Shown: positions 1-10,931, counted from the stretch's first letter. The stretch: 64,000 bases of DNA from Octopus sinensis (GCF_006345805.1 NC_043006.1:46004001-46068000); one strand, 5' to 3'. Numbers and translations are program-made. The notes: generated from the letters alone by a model not told the origin.

Positions 1-19
1 ATCTCTATGCATGCTTGCA

Positions 20-50
<31 letters not shown>

Positions 51-281
51 ATGTATGTATGTATGTATGTATGCATGATTAATAGTTATCATTAGACATA
101 ATTTACTTCGAATGTTCGCTAATATGAGAATCAATATGGCTTCTCAGCTTCTACGAAACTTCGAAGTAAATATTGCATGTTGACTTTTTTCAAGTAACCA
201 AATCTATAAAACAAAACATTATACATACATATATACGTTATGTATTTTATATACGTGTGTGTTTGTGTGTGTGTGTGTGTG

Positions 282-312
<31 letters not shown>

Positions 313-327
313 TGTGTGTGTGTGTGC

Positions 328-363
<36 letters not shown>

Positions 364-666
364 AATATATATATATGTATATATACATGTATATATATAT
401 ATACATATATATGTATATATATATTATATACTCATTCATACGCACACATACATTTACATATGCGTAGAAAGTTTATACACATTGAAAATGTAGTTTCGAA
501 AAGAATATTTTTGAAATTTTTTCTCAACGAACGTAAAAGAATAATTCTATGATTGTCGTAAACACTATAAAATATAATGTAATAAATGTACTATAATATT
601 ATATATGTATATTATATATGTATGTATGTATCTAACTATCTATCTTTATACATACACACATACATT

Positions 667-753
<87 letters not shown>

Positions 754-990
754 GGATATGTTTGTAGTCTTTACTTCTGTTAATCTTAAGAATGTTTATT
801 TCACTTATATATATATATATTATATATATATATATATAAGCGCTTCCTGAAGATTTCATGTATGTATGTATGTATGTATATATATATATATATATAGTTA
901 ATCCAAATATATATATATATGTGTGTGTGTGTTGTCTTACCATTACTATCAATATATCTATATATTGTATATATATATATATATATTCCT
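1..990. repeat. Compound microsatellite block: (TATG)n, (TG)n, (TA)n, (GATA)n
   Basis: Read directly; (GATA)n at ~668-753; accounts for the YI/CV/HT-rich ORFs. Confidence 0.95.
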
Positions 991-2104
991 GAATGTATAT
1001 GTTATAAGCGAAAGAAAAACATTGATATACGTACTCTTTTGTAGATAGGTAGGAGAGTAAAATCAACAAAGGGTTTAGAATGTAAAAAATCATATCTCTT
1101 TCATTGGGAAAAAAAGTAACTATTCCAGTGTTTTAATTTTTTTCTTTTTTTTTTTTGCCTTGTACAAGTATAAAAATAAGCTTTGTATTATTGTAATCGT
1201 GGTGAAAGTTTTAGATTTCAGAAAAATCATATTACCTTTCTTTTGAAAAATTTATAGATATATTTCTATTTTTCTTTCTACTAATACAGCGTAAATATAA
1301 TACATTTTATATAAGTTTGTTATTACAGTTCTCCTTATGTTTCATAGACTTATCATTCCGCGATGTTGTGTACATAATCTTCGGAAATTTGTTTCAGGAA
1401 GTTGAAAGTATATCCCCTTTAAAGGGATTTGTTAATCAATTATATATTATCTTTATAATTCAGGATTTGAATGCTACATCGAGCGTTTACATTTTTTTTT
1501 TTTTTTTGCAACAAGAAACAAGAATTGGATATGTTTCGGAGAGAGTGCACTTATGTGATCAAGATTAACATTGATGTTTATGTCTTACGTAAATATTCAA
1601 GGTTGATCAGATTTTTCAATGGTAAACATGCAAAGAAGTATTTCAGGGTTAATAAGAATGCTTGTGATTAATGTGAACAAGGAGGTTTAACATACATACT
1701 AAAGATTAACAAACGCTTTGGGATTTGGTTTGCAAGATTCTTTATGTGAATTCGAGTGTTGAAACAAATTTTGTTGTTCCCAGGAAGAGTCATTACGTCA
1801 ATATTCATAACACAAGCATTTGCTTCAATTTCGCTCCTTTATTATTCAATTCGTTGAGTATTTATTCAACTAACTAATCGATCATTTGTTTAATTTGTTG
1901 GTTATACAGTCAGTCGTTTGTTTTGTTTTACTTTTTTATTCATCAAAGTTCTTTCGGTGTCATTTGCAACCTTCTCAATGACTTCTTTCTCAGTCTGTGT
2001 CACATAGGCCGCGTTTGTCTCTCTGAGACCTTGTTGCTTGTATATGTATAGAAAATGGTATGTGTGTGTATGTGTGATTATTTTCGAGTGCATATATATG
2101 AATA

Positions 2105-2724
2105 CTAGCAGTATTGCCCGGCACAACAGGGATTTCAGGGGAGAGTTTCAGGGAGTCGCTGGCGATGTATCGTGATGATCAAAAATCCGGCCTGCTAAAA
2201 TTTGGTTAAAGTGATTCAAACTGCAGACTCAACGCAAAATGGTCACATTTAATTCAAAGCGTTAAAAATATTATGAAAACAATTGGTATGTGTTCACAAA
2301 GTTCAAACGATTAATACAAAAAAAAAAACCTCCAGGCTACATCCCGAAAATTCATTTCTTTGCCGAATTTCTACAATGTTTACGGCGATTCGTTTTTATA
2401 TCTTGATTTTTAATTTTTCATGCAATTTACGCATGCTTGCACGCGTGGTGAACACAGTTCACATCAAACAGCTGACAGAGTAAAGTTCACTATTCAATGC
2501 ATGGGATAAGGCCTAAACAAATACATTATCGATTTTTGCATTTGCGAGATGAAATCCGGAACAGAAATAGCGCAGTTCAATTTTCATTCGCCTAAACTTT
2601 AAGTGACCCATTTTTGGTGGTTCTACGATTTGTTGGCTAGGAGGAGATGTGCCGGGAAGTTAAACACACAGACACACACACAGATACACACACAGACACA
2701 CAAGTTGAGTTTTATATATATAGA
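2105..2724 (-). mobile_element. Non-autonomous Helitron-type element
   Basis: On minus: 5' TC (2724-2723) followed by TATATATATAAAACTCAACTTG and a TG/TC microsatellite; 3' degenerate hairpin CCCTG..CCGGG then CAATACTG-CTAG (2108-2105); sits between A and T with no TSD. Confidence 0.7.
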
Positions 2725-3042
2725 TATATATGTATGTGTGTGTGTGTTAATGTGTGTATATGTATGCGCTGAAGGTTAAATTCTGTGCACTCTAAATACA
2801 ATAGATATTTTTTCTGGAATGTGCTTATGTCTATCAAAGTATTTAAAGAAAAGGCTGAGTGTCACTGTAGTTCTTATGATAACAAATGAGATAATAAACG
2901 CATTCCTTCTCTCTCATATATTCTTTTTAGGTCAATGCTGGGTTGGTGAGGTTTTTAATCTTTTCAAGATATTTCAGAACAGCGTTGGTGGTATTTCACA
3001 TTTCTGTGTCGTTAATTAATGCATTTTCCCATGCATGTCATA

Positions 3043-3325
3043 AAGGCACGTGACTCAGTGGTTAGGAAATTGCACTCACGATCACTAGGCCGTAGAGTTC
3101 GATTCCCGGATCAGTCGGCGCGTTGTGTTCCCCATCGAAACACTTCATTTCACATTGCCCCAGTCCACTCAACCGTAAATGAGTAACCCTGCAACAGACT
3201 AGCCTTCCGATGGGGCACAATGTTGGCCTTCTTGACCAGCCAAAGGTATGACGTTATTTGAGCGCTATAACAATGTGAAGCACATTGTGACCAGTGATGT
3301 ATAACAACAACCGATACTCTGGTTG
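3043..3325 (+). mobile_element. tRNA-derived SINE, family E (same family as 49640-49907)
   Basis: A-box-like TGACTCAGTGG, B-box-like GAGTTCGATTCCC, then CACTTCATTTCACATTGCCCCAGTCCACTCA core shared with 49760-49810 and 49960-50000. Confidence 0.7.
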
Positions 3326-3660
3326 ATATCGTGATACCATGAAGAATGTCGTCGGGTTTGTGTGCTTAAATGCTACATTATCATGGAATTTTTGTATTAT
3401 TATTATGATTATTTTACTTCCCAGAGCGCTCGATCTTCTTTGCTCTGGTTGATTCTGTGAGAGCGGACAGCAGCCTGTTGCCAGAGGTCTCACGGGGTCT
3501 CTTTCCGCACATTATAAGTTTTGATACTTGGTTGTCAATTATCGTGTAAGATATTCAACATCCAATATTATTACAGTTCTATATTTAAGAAATGAGGAAT
3601 TATGTACATTATTTACATCATTTACAATTGACGGATTTTGTCCTTATCTTGATTGTTGTT

Positions 3661-3706
3661 AACACAACGTTTCGGCTGATATACCCTCCAGCCTTCATCA
3701 GGAGTC
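3661..3706 (-). ncRNA. Minimal type-I hammerhead ribozyme
   Basis: Minus: GACTC-CTGATGA-A-GGCTG-gagggtatat-CAGCC-GAAA-CG-T-T-GTGTT; conserved core, 5-bp stem II, palindromic ACGT stem III, stem I with one mismatch. Confidence 0.7.
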
Positions 3707-3793
3707 TTGGGGAAATTTCGAACCGGAATTCGGAATTCTCATTCCTAAGGTATTTTTCGATGTTCTTGTTGTTGTTATTATTATTATTATTAT

Positions 3794-3846
<53 letters not shown>

Positions 3847-3870
3847 CATCATCATCATTATTATTATTAT

Positions 3871-4002
3871 TCAGGTCACTGCCTGGTTTGAACTCGGAAT
3901 CTTGGGTTTAGTAGCCCGCGCTCTTAACCACGAGCATATGGCGCACTGGTTAAGAGCGCGGGCTACTAACCCCAAAATTCCGAGTTCGATTCCTGGCAGT
4001 GA

Positions 4003-4007
<5 letters not shown>
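3871..4007. repeat. Two inverted tRNA-like SINE heads (~60-bp arms, 16-nt spacer)
   Basis: TGGCGCACTGG A-box-like and GAGTTCGATTCC B-box-like on plus; mirror copy on minus truncated at GTGGTTAAG. Confidence 0.85.
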
Positions 4008-4089
<82 letters not shown>

Positions 4090-4093
<4 letters not shown>

Positions 4094-4304
4094 TATTCAG
4101 ACAAATACATAACAAAAACACCAGGACTTACAAACACATATAACATACAGAAAATTGCACTACTAGGCACTGCACACATCCTACGCAGAACACTTTCCAT
4201 ACAATAACCATCAGAGCATCACAACAAATCACAGCACATACCCAAGACACACAGAGCTGTGCTCGGTAGTGAAGTGAAAGCACGCTATAAAAATAAAACT
4301 ACTG
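4090..4304 (+). mobile_element. 5'-truncated R4/Dong-like RLE retrotransposon 3' end
   Basis: Encodes KYSDKYITKTPGLTNTYNIQKIALLGTAHILRRTLSIQ* plus 3'UTR nearly identical to 42290-42510; (AAT)n on both sides. Confidence 0.9.
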
Positions 4305-4327
4305 AATAATAATAATAATTATAATAA

Positions 4328-4877
4328 TGATGCAGTACCAGGCAGTGGCTCTCATGGCTGCTGATCTTAACTGATTGGAAGTGTTATCATGTACATTGTT
4401 TTGTTTTGGTATAAAAGATGGGCTACAGCAAATATTCTGCTCAGTACCACAGATTTGCTTGTCAGTTGTTTGACCGTAACCAGTTGAGCATGTCCCTTAG
4501 TGGCTGACGATATGTGCATCTCTGATCACGAGCAGAAGTAGTGGGGGAGCATCATAGCCATGTGTTGAGAGGGATTGTTTGGGGTTTGAATAGTTCACCT
4601 CTGGAAACATGGGTGGTTCTTTCAACATCCTTAAACAACCCTTATTCAGGGACCGTTTGAACGGGATGGGCTACTCAACCTGAAGAAAATTCTAACTGGG
4701 CCCCACCTGCAAGGTCATGTGCTGTTTATCTTGATATGAGATCACCATGTCGCGCACATATGGTTGTGATGCATGTGCCTGGTGTACCTTTATCAGACGG
4801 GTAGTCATGATGGGTATATTGGGCTTCGCATATTTTACCCCAGTGTCACTTTGATGGCATGAACTGCTCTCTCACTC
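4328..4877 (+). mobile_element. ~550-bp non-coding interspersed repeat (family C) inserted in (AAT)n; orientation arbitrary
   Basis: Reverse-complement homologue at 36777-37359; both flanked by TAA arrays. Confidence 0.85.
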
Positions 4878-4890
4878 AATAATAATAATA

Positions 4891-4957
<67 letters not shown>

Positions 4958-4965
4958 TAATAATG

Positions 4966-5026
<61 letters not shown>

Positions 5027-5083
5027 CAACAACATCATCGAAAATACCTTAGGAATGAGAACCCAGGTTAAAAATTTGCCCAA

Positions 5084-5129
5084 GACACCTGATGAAGGCT
5101 GGAGGGTATGTCAGCCGAAATGTTGTGTT
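5084..5129 (+). ncRNA. Minimal type-I hammerhead ribozyme (stem III C>T)
   Basis: GACAC-CTGATGA-A-GGCTG-gagggtatgt-CAGCC-GAAA-TG-T-T-GTGTT; stem I GACAC/GTGTT pairs fully; ACGT palindrome mutated to ATGT. Confidence 0.65.
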
Positions 5130-5352
5130 AACAACGAACAAGATGAGGTCAAATATCCGTCAAATGTAAATAATGTAAATAATCCAATATTATTATAAAT
5201 ATTATTTTCTAAGGCGAAGGAATCTTCAAATGAGTATCAGAGAGATTTTCTTGCAGCAGTTGGGATTGATTTTTCCAGGAGCAGCCGTTTTGGTTCTGTC
5301 ATCAACTGTTGGCATATGTCAACTGGAACTGGCATCAGACTAGAAACATTTC

Positions 5353-5710
5353 TAGGCGCGGGAGTGGCTGTGTGGTAAGTAGTTTGCTTACCAACCACAT
5401 TGTGTACAGGTTCAGTTGCACTGCATAGCACCTTGGGCAAGTGTCTTTTAAACTGAAAGAAGCCCGTCGTATATATATATATGTATGTGTGTGTATATAT
5501 TTGTGTGTCTGTGTTTGTCTCCCCAACATCGCTTGACAACCGATGCTGGAGTGTTTACGTCCCCGTAACATAGCGGTTCGGCAAAAGGGACCGATAGAAT
5601 AAGTAGTAAGCTTACAAAGAATAAGTCCTGGGGTCGATTTCTTGGACTAAAGGTGGTGCTTCAATATGGCCGCAGTCATATGACTGAAACAAGTAAAATA
5701 GTAAAGAGAG
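5353..5710 (+). mobile_element. tRNA-derived SINE family A (central microsatellite)
   Basis: GGAGTGGCTGTGTGG head, GGTTCAGT B-box-like, CCTTGGGCAAGTGTCTT core, (TA)(TG) middle, GCTTGACAACCGATG...GACTGAAACAAGTAAAA tail; internal deletion. Confidence 0.9.
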
Positions 5711-5924
5711 TGGTGTTACCGATAAAATGGAGTACTGCTACGAAATTACGCGAAAACAATGTGTGAGAGAGAAGCATCTTCAACAATTTGTTCAAACGTC
5801 TTAAGAAAAGATTGACCGATGTTGTTAGCACGCAGCTCCCTTCGATCTCCGATATCTGTCCATAACAACCTTCAAATCATACGTAACATATTATAATGGG
5901 TGATAAGTAAACTGCGAGTAAGTG

Positions 5925-6155
5925 AAGCTCTGGTAGAAACGTTAGTACGCCGGGCGAAATGCGTAGCCGTATTTCGTCTGCAATAACGTTCTGAGTTCAA
6001 ATTCCGCCGAGGTCAACTTTGCCTTTCATCCTTCGGGGTCGATAAATTAAGTACCAGTTACGCACTGGGGTAGATATAATCGACTTAATCCGTTTGTCTG
6101 TCCTTGTTTGTCCTCTCTGTGTTTAGCCCCTTGTGGGTAGTAAAGAAATAGGTAT
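5925..6155 (+). mobile_element. tRNA-derived SINE family B
   Basis: GAGTTCAAATTCCGCC B-box; GCCTTTCATCCTTCGGGGTCGATAAATTAAGTACCAG central domain; tail ...GTAGTAAAGAAATAGG. Confidence 0.9.
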
Positions 6156-7299
6156 ATTCAGATTGATTCAAAGAATTCGGCAGGGTCTACTGCTTCCATT
6201 GGCACAGAAGTCGTTGGTACAGCCCGTTTCTTTCCCTGCTTTTGAGGGTAGATGGTTGTATTGTACGGTGGTATCTTCTCGGTGCTAAATAGCAACCAAT
6301 CGGAACCCTTTTAAATCACACGCTCACTTAGTCAGTGATGTCATTTTTCATTACAAATGTGCATTCTGGCTTTTGGGACATTCTGCTCAAAAACGGGCGT
6401 GAGTGCTTTCACTAGATATTATGAGCAGAGTGACAGGTCTTAATCAAATGTCGGGTGGGAGAAAGCTGCCACTGAAATTGTTCGAAAGATGTGGTGAACG
6501 CATACAACTTTCCCTTTTTTAATCACAATTTTGCCATCGATCATTTTCCCAGTTATTAAAAGATTAGGTTAAGCTTCCCCTTTTACTTGTTTTGGAAAGG
6601 ATGAGTTACTCTGTTCTGCACGTCCATCAAAATTATAAATCGTTTAGAAAGATTGAATGTTAGCAGGCAAATATAATGTTCAATGGATTTCTCGTTGATA
6701 TTTATCAATAAGGTTTTCTCTTTTATGATAATCCAAAAGAGTTGTTTCATCTAGTCTGTTAACGGAATAAACTTGGCTTTTGATATAAACATATTTTATG
6801 CAGGATATCTTTGTATCTTCGAACTTTCTATATTGTACTGTATTATTGATATTATACTTAAATTATTCCACGATATTATCCTTAGTTTGTTGATATATCC
6901 ATTATCATATTATTTTTGTGTTATTCTTCTAATATATACATGGAAATAGCGTAAGCGTAAGTATATTAAGTTTGCACTTCAAAGTAACGATTTTATGATA
7001 CTAACTTTGTACTGAAGGGAAAATAAACATTTTTATTAAGACAAACACAATTTCTATTGGCTTTAGCGAAAATGATACTAATATGAGTTTTCCATGCATT
7101 CGTGGATGCTAAAATTCTGGAACAGTTGTCCGTTATTGGTTTCTAATGCCTGCTTGAATTACAACATGATTTATCAATAACGCCTTCTTCTGAGAAATTT
7201 GGAAAGTCTACGTCGCATCTATTATCTCTTACTTACTGACCATCGTGGAAAATACAAGTTTCTGGCTGGTTAGATGGGAGTGCCTGCCATTTTCCATTT

Positions 7300-7990
7300 A
7301 ATGTAAGGGGCGCATTGAACTGATCATATGGTACATCTGCTGCTAGCATCTTCTATATAGTGAACTATGAATGCTGTGGTTGCCGGTACACCATCAAGCC
7401 ATTCCACCCGCAGATATTCTTGGACAGTAAACAGGTATGGTCGCCATTAGGGATACACTTCTTTCCAGTTCTCTTCTTGACAGATTATAGATTATAGATT
7501 AAGCAAAATTGATATTGGAAGACTTGACCTTTAAATGTAATGAGGGCGTCACCTTTCTCTATTAATTGGGCAATTTGATAGGTCAAAGTTCTATTCTAGC
7601 AAATTATAGAAGGTTATTATTGATATCCAGAGTTCACGTTGCAAGGGAAGTCGTGGCTTTCACCGAAAAGTAACTGGTTAGTATATTGTTTTACAATATA
7701 CTAACGAGTTACTTTTTGTTAGAGATTTCTAAGGATAACATCCAGAATCCTTTGTACTAGAAGCGCTACCCATGGGCCCTACTTATTTATGATAACTTCT
7801 ACATGCATGGAACTGGCGTAAGCTGGCCCTAATCATAATGTGCGCAGTGACTTGAACTGTTCTGCAGGCACATGTTCTGTATACGGGCATTGCTGATTTT
7901 GGGAGTTCTGTCAAGCAGTTCTTGTGTCGCGTGACACCGATGCGGATATTAGTCGAACCAGACATGATGATTGCCCTACAACGTTCCTTT
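7300..7990 (-). pseudogene. Possible very old LTR-retrotransposon integrase remnant
   Basis: Peptide RIGVTRHKNCLTE..VYRTCACRTVQ loosely resembles the gypsy integrase zinc-binding region; many stops; by eye only. Confidence 0.2.
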
Positions 7991-8508
7991 GGTCAAGTCA
8001 GCTTTTTTCTTTCTTGTGATTAGAACAAAAGAGTATGACGTGTCTGAATGTTCTGCGGACAGGTTATTTCCTGTTTAGTCGATCCCTAACCCTAACCCTA
8101 ACTTTAACAAGATTCACTTGACAAAAGGGTGGGATGAAGTAAGAGGTACTGTCTTCAAAAGAAATTATCTAAAACAAGATTGAAAGACGTGAAAATTGTA
8201 AAAACAAATGAGACTGCTCTCAATTTATACCTGTAGCTTTAAAACCAGCACTTACCCTTGGAGTTCAGAATAATTTTGGATCTTTGAAGTTCCTCAAGCG
8301 ACCCTTGATGTACGACGCCCTGTATCAGAAGAACTACACCATCATTTTCTTTTATTATGTAAATACCATATATAGTTGTCTATTTTTACACATTCAATTT
8401 CCTTTGTATAACCCTTCGATATATATCTTTCTTTGTGATTATTTTCATGTCAGCCTGTTGGCATATACGAGTCATCCAAGAGAATAAATGCAATTATTAT
8501 TATTACTA

Positions 8509-9147
8509 GGTGAAGGTGGTGAGCTGGCAGAATCGTTAGCACACCGGGCGAAATGCTTAGCAGTATTTCGTCTGCCGCTACGTCTGTCTTCACGTTCTGA
8601 GTTCAAATTCCGCCGAAGTCGACTTTGCCTACCATCCTTTCGGGGTAGATTAAATAAGTACTAGTTACGCACTGGGGCCGATGTAATCAACTTAATCTGT
8701 TTGTCTGTCCGTGTTTGTCCCCTCTGTGTTTAGCCCCTTGTGGGTAGTAAAGAAATAGGTATTTCGTCTGCCGCTACGTTCTGAGTTCAAATTCTGCCGA
8801 GGTCGACTTTGCCTTTCATCCTTTCGGGGTCTATAAATTAAGTACCAGTTACGCACTGGGTCGATGTAATCGACTTAATACCTTTGTCTGTCTTTGTTTG
8901 TCCCCTCTATGTTTAGCCCCTTGAGGGCAATAAAGAAATAAGAATCGTTAACGCACCGGACGAAGTGCTTAGCAGTATTTCGTCTGTCTTCACGGTCTGA
9001 GTTCTAATTCCGCCAGGGTCGACTTTGCCTTTCATCCTTTCGGTGTCGATAAATTAAGTAGCAGTTACGTACTGGAGCGATGTTATCGATTTAATCCCTT
9101 TCCCCAGATTTGGGGCCTTGTGCTTCCAGTATAAAGGATTATTATTA
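8509..9147 (+). mobile_element. Tandem trimer of SINE family B
   Basis: Three consecutive central domains (~8600, ~8790, ~9010) joined at TAAAGAAATA junctions (~8755, ~8938). Confidence 0.9.
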
Positions 9148-9184
9148 CTAGGTAACTGGCACACTGGTGGTGGTGGTGGTGGTG

Positions 9185-9375
9185 GTGGTGGTGGGAGAAT
9201 TGTTTTACGATATTAATTTTCAATCTTTCTGTTGTGAGTTCAAATCTCGCTGAAGTCAATTTTATCGTTTCAAAGTCGAAAACATAAATTACAAGTCAAG
9301 TACTGGGCTGCGATGAAATTGTCGAACATTTCTCCCCTAAAATTAGCGATCCTGTGCAAACGTTTGAAACCATTA
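9185..9375 (+). mobile_element. Degraded SINE family B
   Basis: GAGTTCAAATCTCGCTGAAGTCAA...CAAGTACTGGG remnants. Confidence 0.55.
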
Positions 9376-10186
9376 TTACCGTTGTTGCTGTTACTGTTAA
9401 GCTCTGTCTGTTTCTATATATACATATATGTATATGTATATATGTGTGTGTGTGTATTTATGTCTGTGTGTATAAATGTGTACATATACATATACATACA
9501 TACATATATACACACACATACACACACACACATATATACACACACGTAACTAGTCCTTGTGAGAAAATGTGTCCATTTACAAATATGTTTGATTCAACAG
9601 GAAGAAGAAAGGACAAACAAAAAAAATGATTTTTAATGAAATTTCAATGAATTGAATTGAAACCAACCTCTGTCTCTCCCTCTTTCTCTCTCTCCCTCTT
9701 TCTTTCTCTCTCTCTCTCTCTATCTATCTGACTGTCTGTCTGACCATCTATCTGTCTATCTATCTATCCTTTCCCCCATTCTTTATTATATTTTTTCCAC
9801 TTTCTTAATTGTCTTGAAACCTCTCTCTCTCTCTCATTCTCTCTCTCTCTCTTTCCCTCTCTTTGCTTTTCTTTCTCTCTTCCCCCGCCCCAAAAAAACA
9901 TAAATAATATTCTCCTCTTCAAAACAAAGCAAAAGAGCATCCAATTCATATAAATGAACCAAATGTTCTATTTTTACCATTTTCATTTTGATGTTGTCTT
10001 GATGAGTTCAATAAACAAACGAAAGCCCTAATAAAATATTATCCAAAATTCTGACTGCCTCCCTTTTCTCAATATACAATACATGTGCACCGCTTCAAAC
10101 CCTCTATACCTACATATATACATATATACATGTACAAATATATATATACACATATATATACATATATATATACGTGTGTGTATATA

Positions 10187-10583
10187 TCTTTATATATAAG
10201 AGTCAAGTTGTGTCTGTCTCCTACGATTTAGATTCCTAACTACTCCCACATTTTGTGGTGCAGTGTAACCAAAAGCGGGTATCTTATAGTCGTGATTCAT
10301 ATCGAGCCCTTCTGGGTATTAGCGCGCGTCTACGATGAGTCTACGATTTAAAAAAAATTTACCATAATGTTTCCGTATTTTTAATGCATTTTCGCTCGGT
10401 TTATATAAGGGAAGTAACTCTCTAAAACTGTATTATTAAATCTCAAAACGTAAAAAGCTACAGTAACACCCCCCCCCCTTTGTGGTTAGCCATATTGAGA
10501 TGGCTATTATACTTTACATCTCTAAAAATGCTTATATAGTTATTTCCCTTACAAACCCGAGCAACACCGGGCGATACTGCTAG
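10187..10583 (+). mobile_element. Non-autonomous Helitron-type element
   Basis: A|TCTTTATATATAAG 5' end; 3' hairpin CCCGAGCAACACCGGG then CGATACTG-CTAG|T; termini match 2105-2724. Confidence 0.75.
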
Positions 10584-10608
10584 TATATATATATATATTT
10601 ACACATTC

Positions 10609-10677
<69 letters not shown>

Positions 10678-10872
10678 TGTATATATATATATATGTACAC
10701 GTACACACACACAGAACATATATATCACCAGATGCTTTGAAGCTCTGCTTTTGACACGTTTTATACTAAACAATTCAGTCCTTGTGGCCATAAAGCAATG
10801 CTAACATTTATTATCACTGTTATGACATTCAGCTGACTAGGCAGCAGCAGAGTAGTAGTAGTAGTAGAGTAA

Positions 10873-10931
<59 letters not shown>

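Larger units (their letters stand above)
3574..5181. mobile_element. Inverted (head-to-head) dimer of a tRNA-head/(AAT)n/hammerhead-tail element, with two nested insertions
   Basis: Flanked by 14-bp direct repeat ATCCAATATTATTA (3560-3573, 5182-5195); tails 3574-3765 (minus) and 5035-5181 (plus) are reverse complements; heads 3871-3930 and 3947-4007 are inverted. Confidence 0.8.

Noticed and set aside
3931-4007. Functional tRNA gene
   Set aside because: Acceptor and anticodon stems do not pair properly; it is the head of a repeat
4504-4540. CTGACGA in family C, and other isolated CTGANGA hits (~848, ~11558, ~30780, ~50646)
   Set aside because: No stem II, GAAA and stem I/III geometry; not hammerheads
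8084-8101. (CCCTAA)3 telomere-like repeat
   Set aside because: Only three units; not an interstitial telomere
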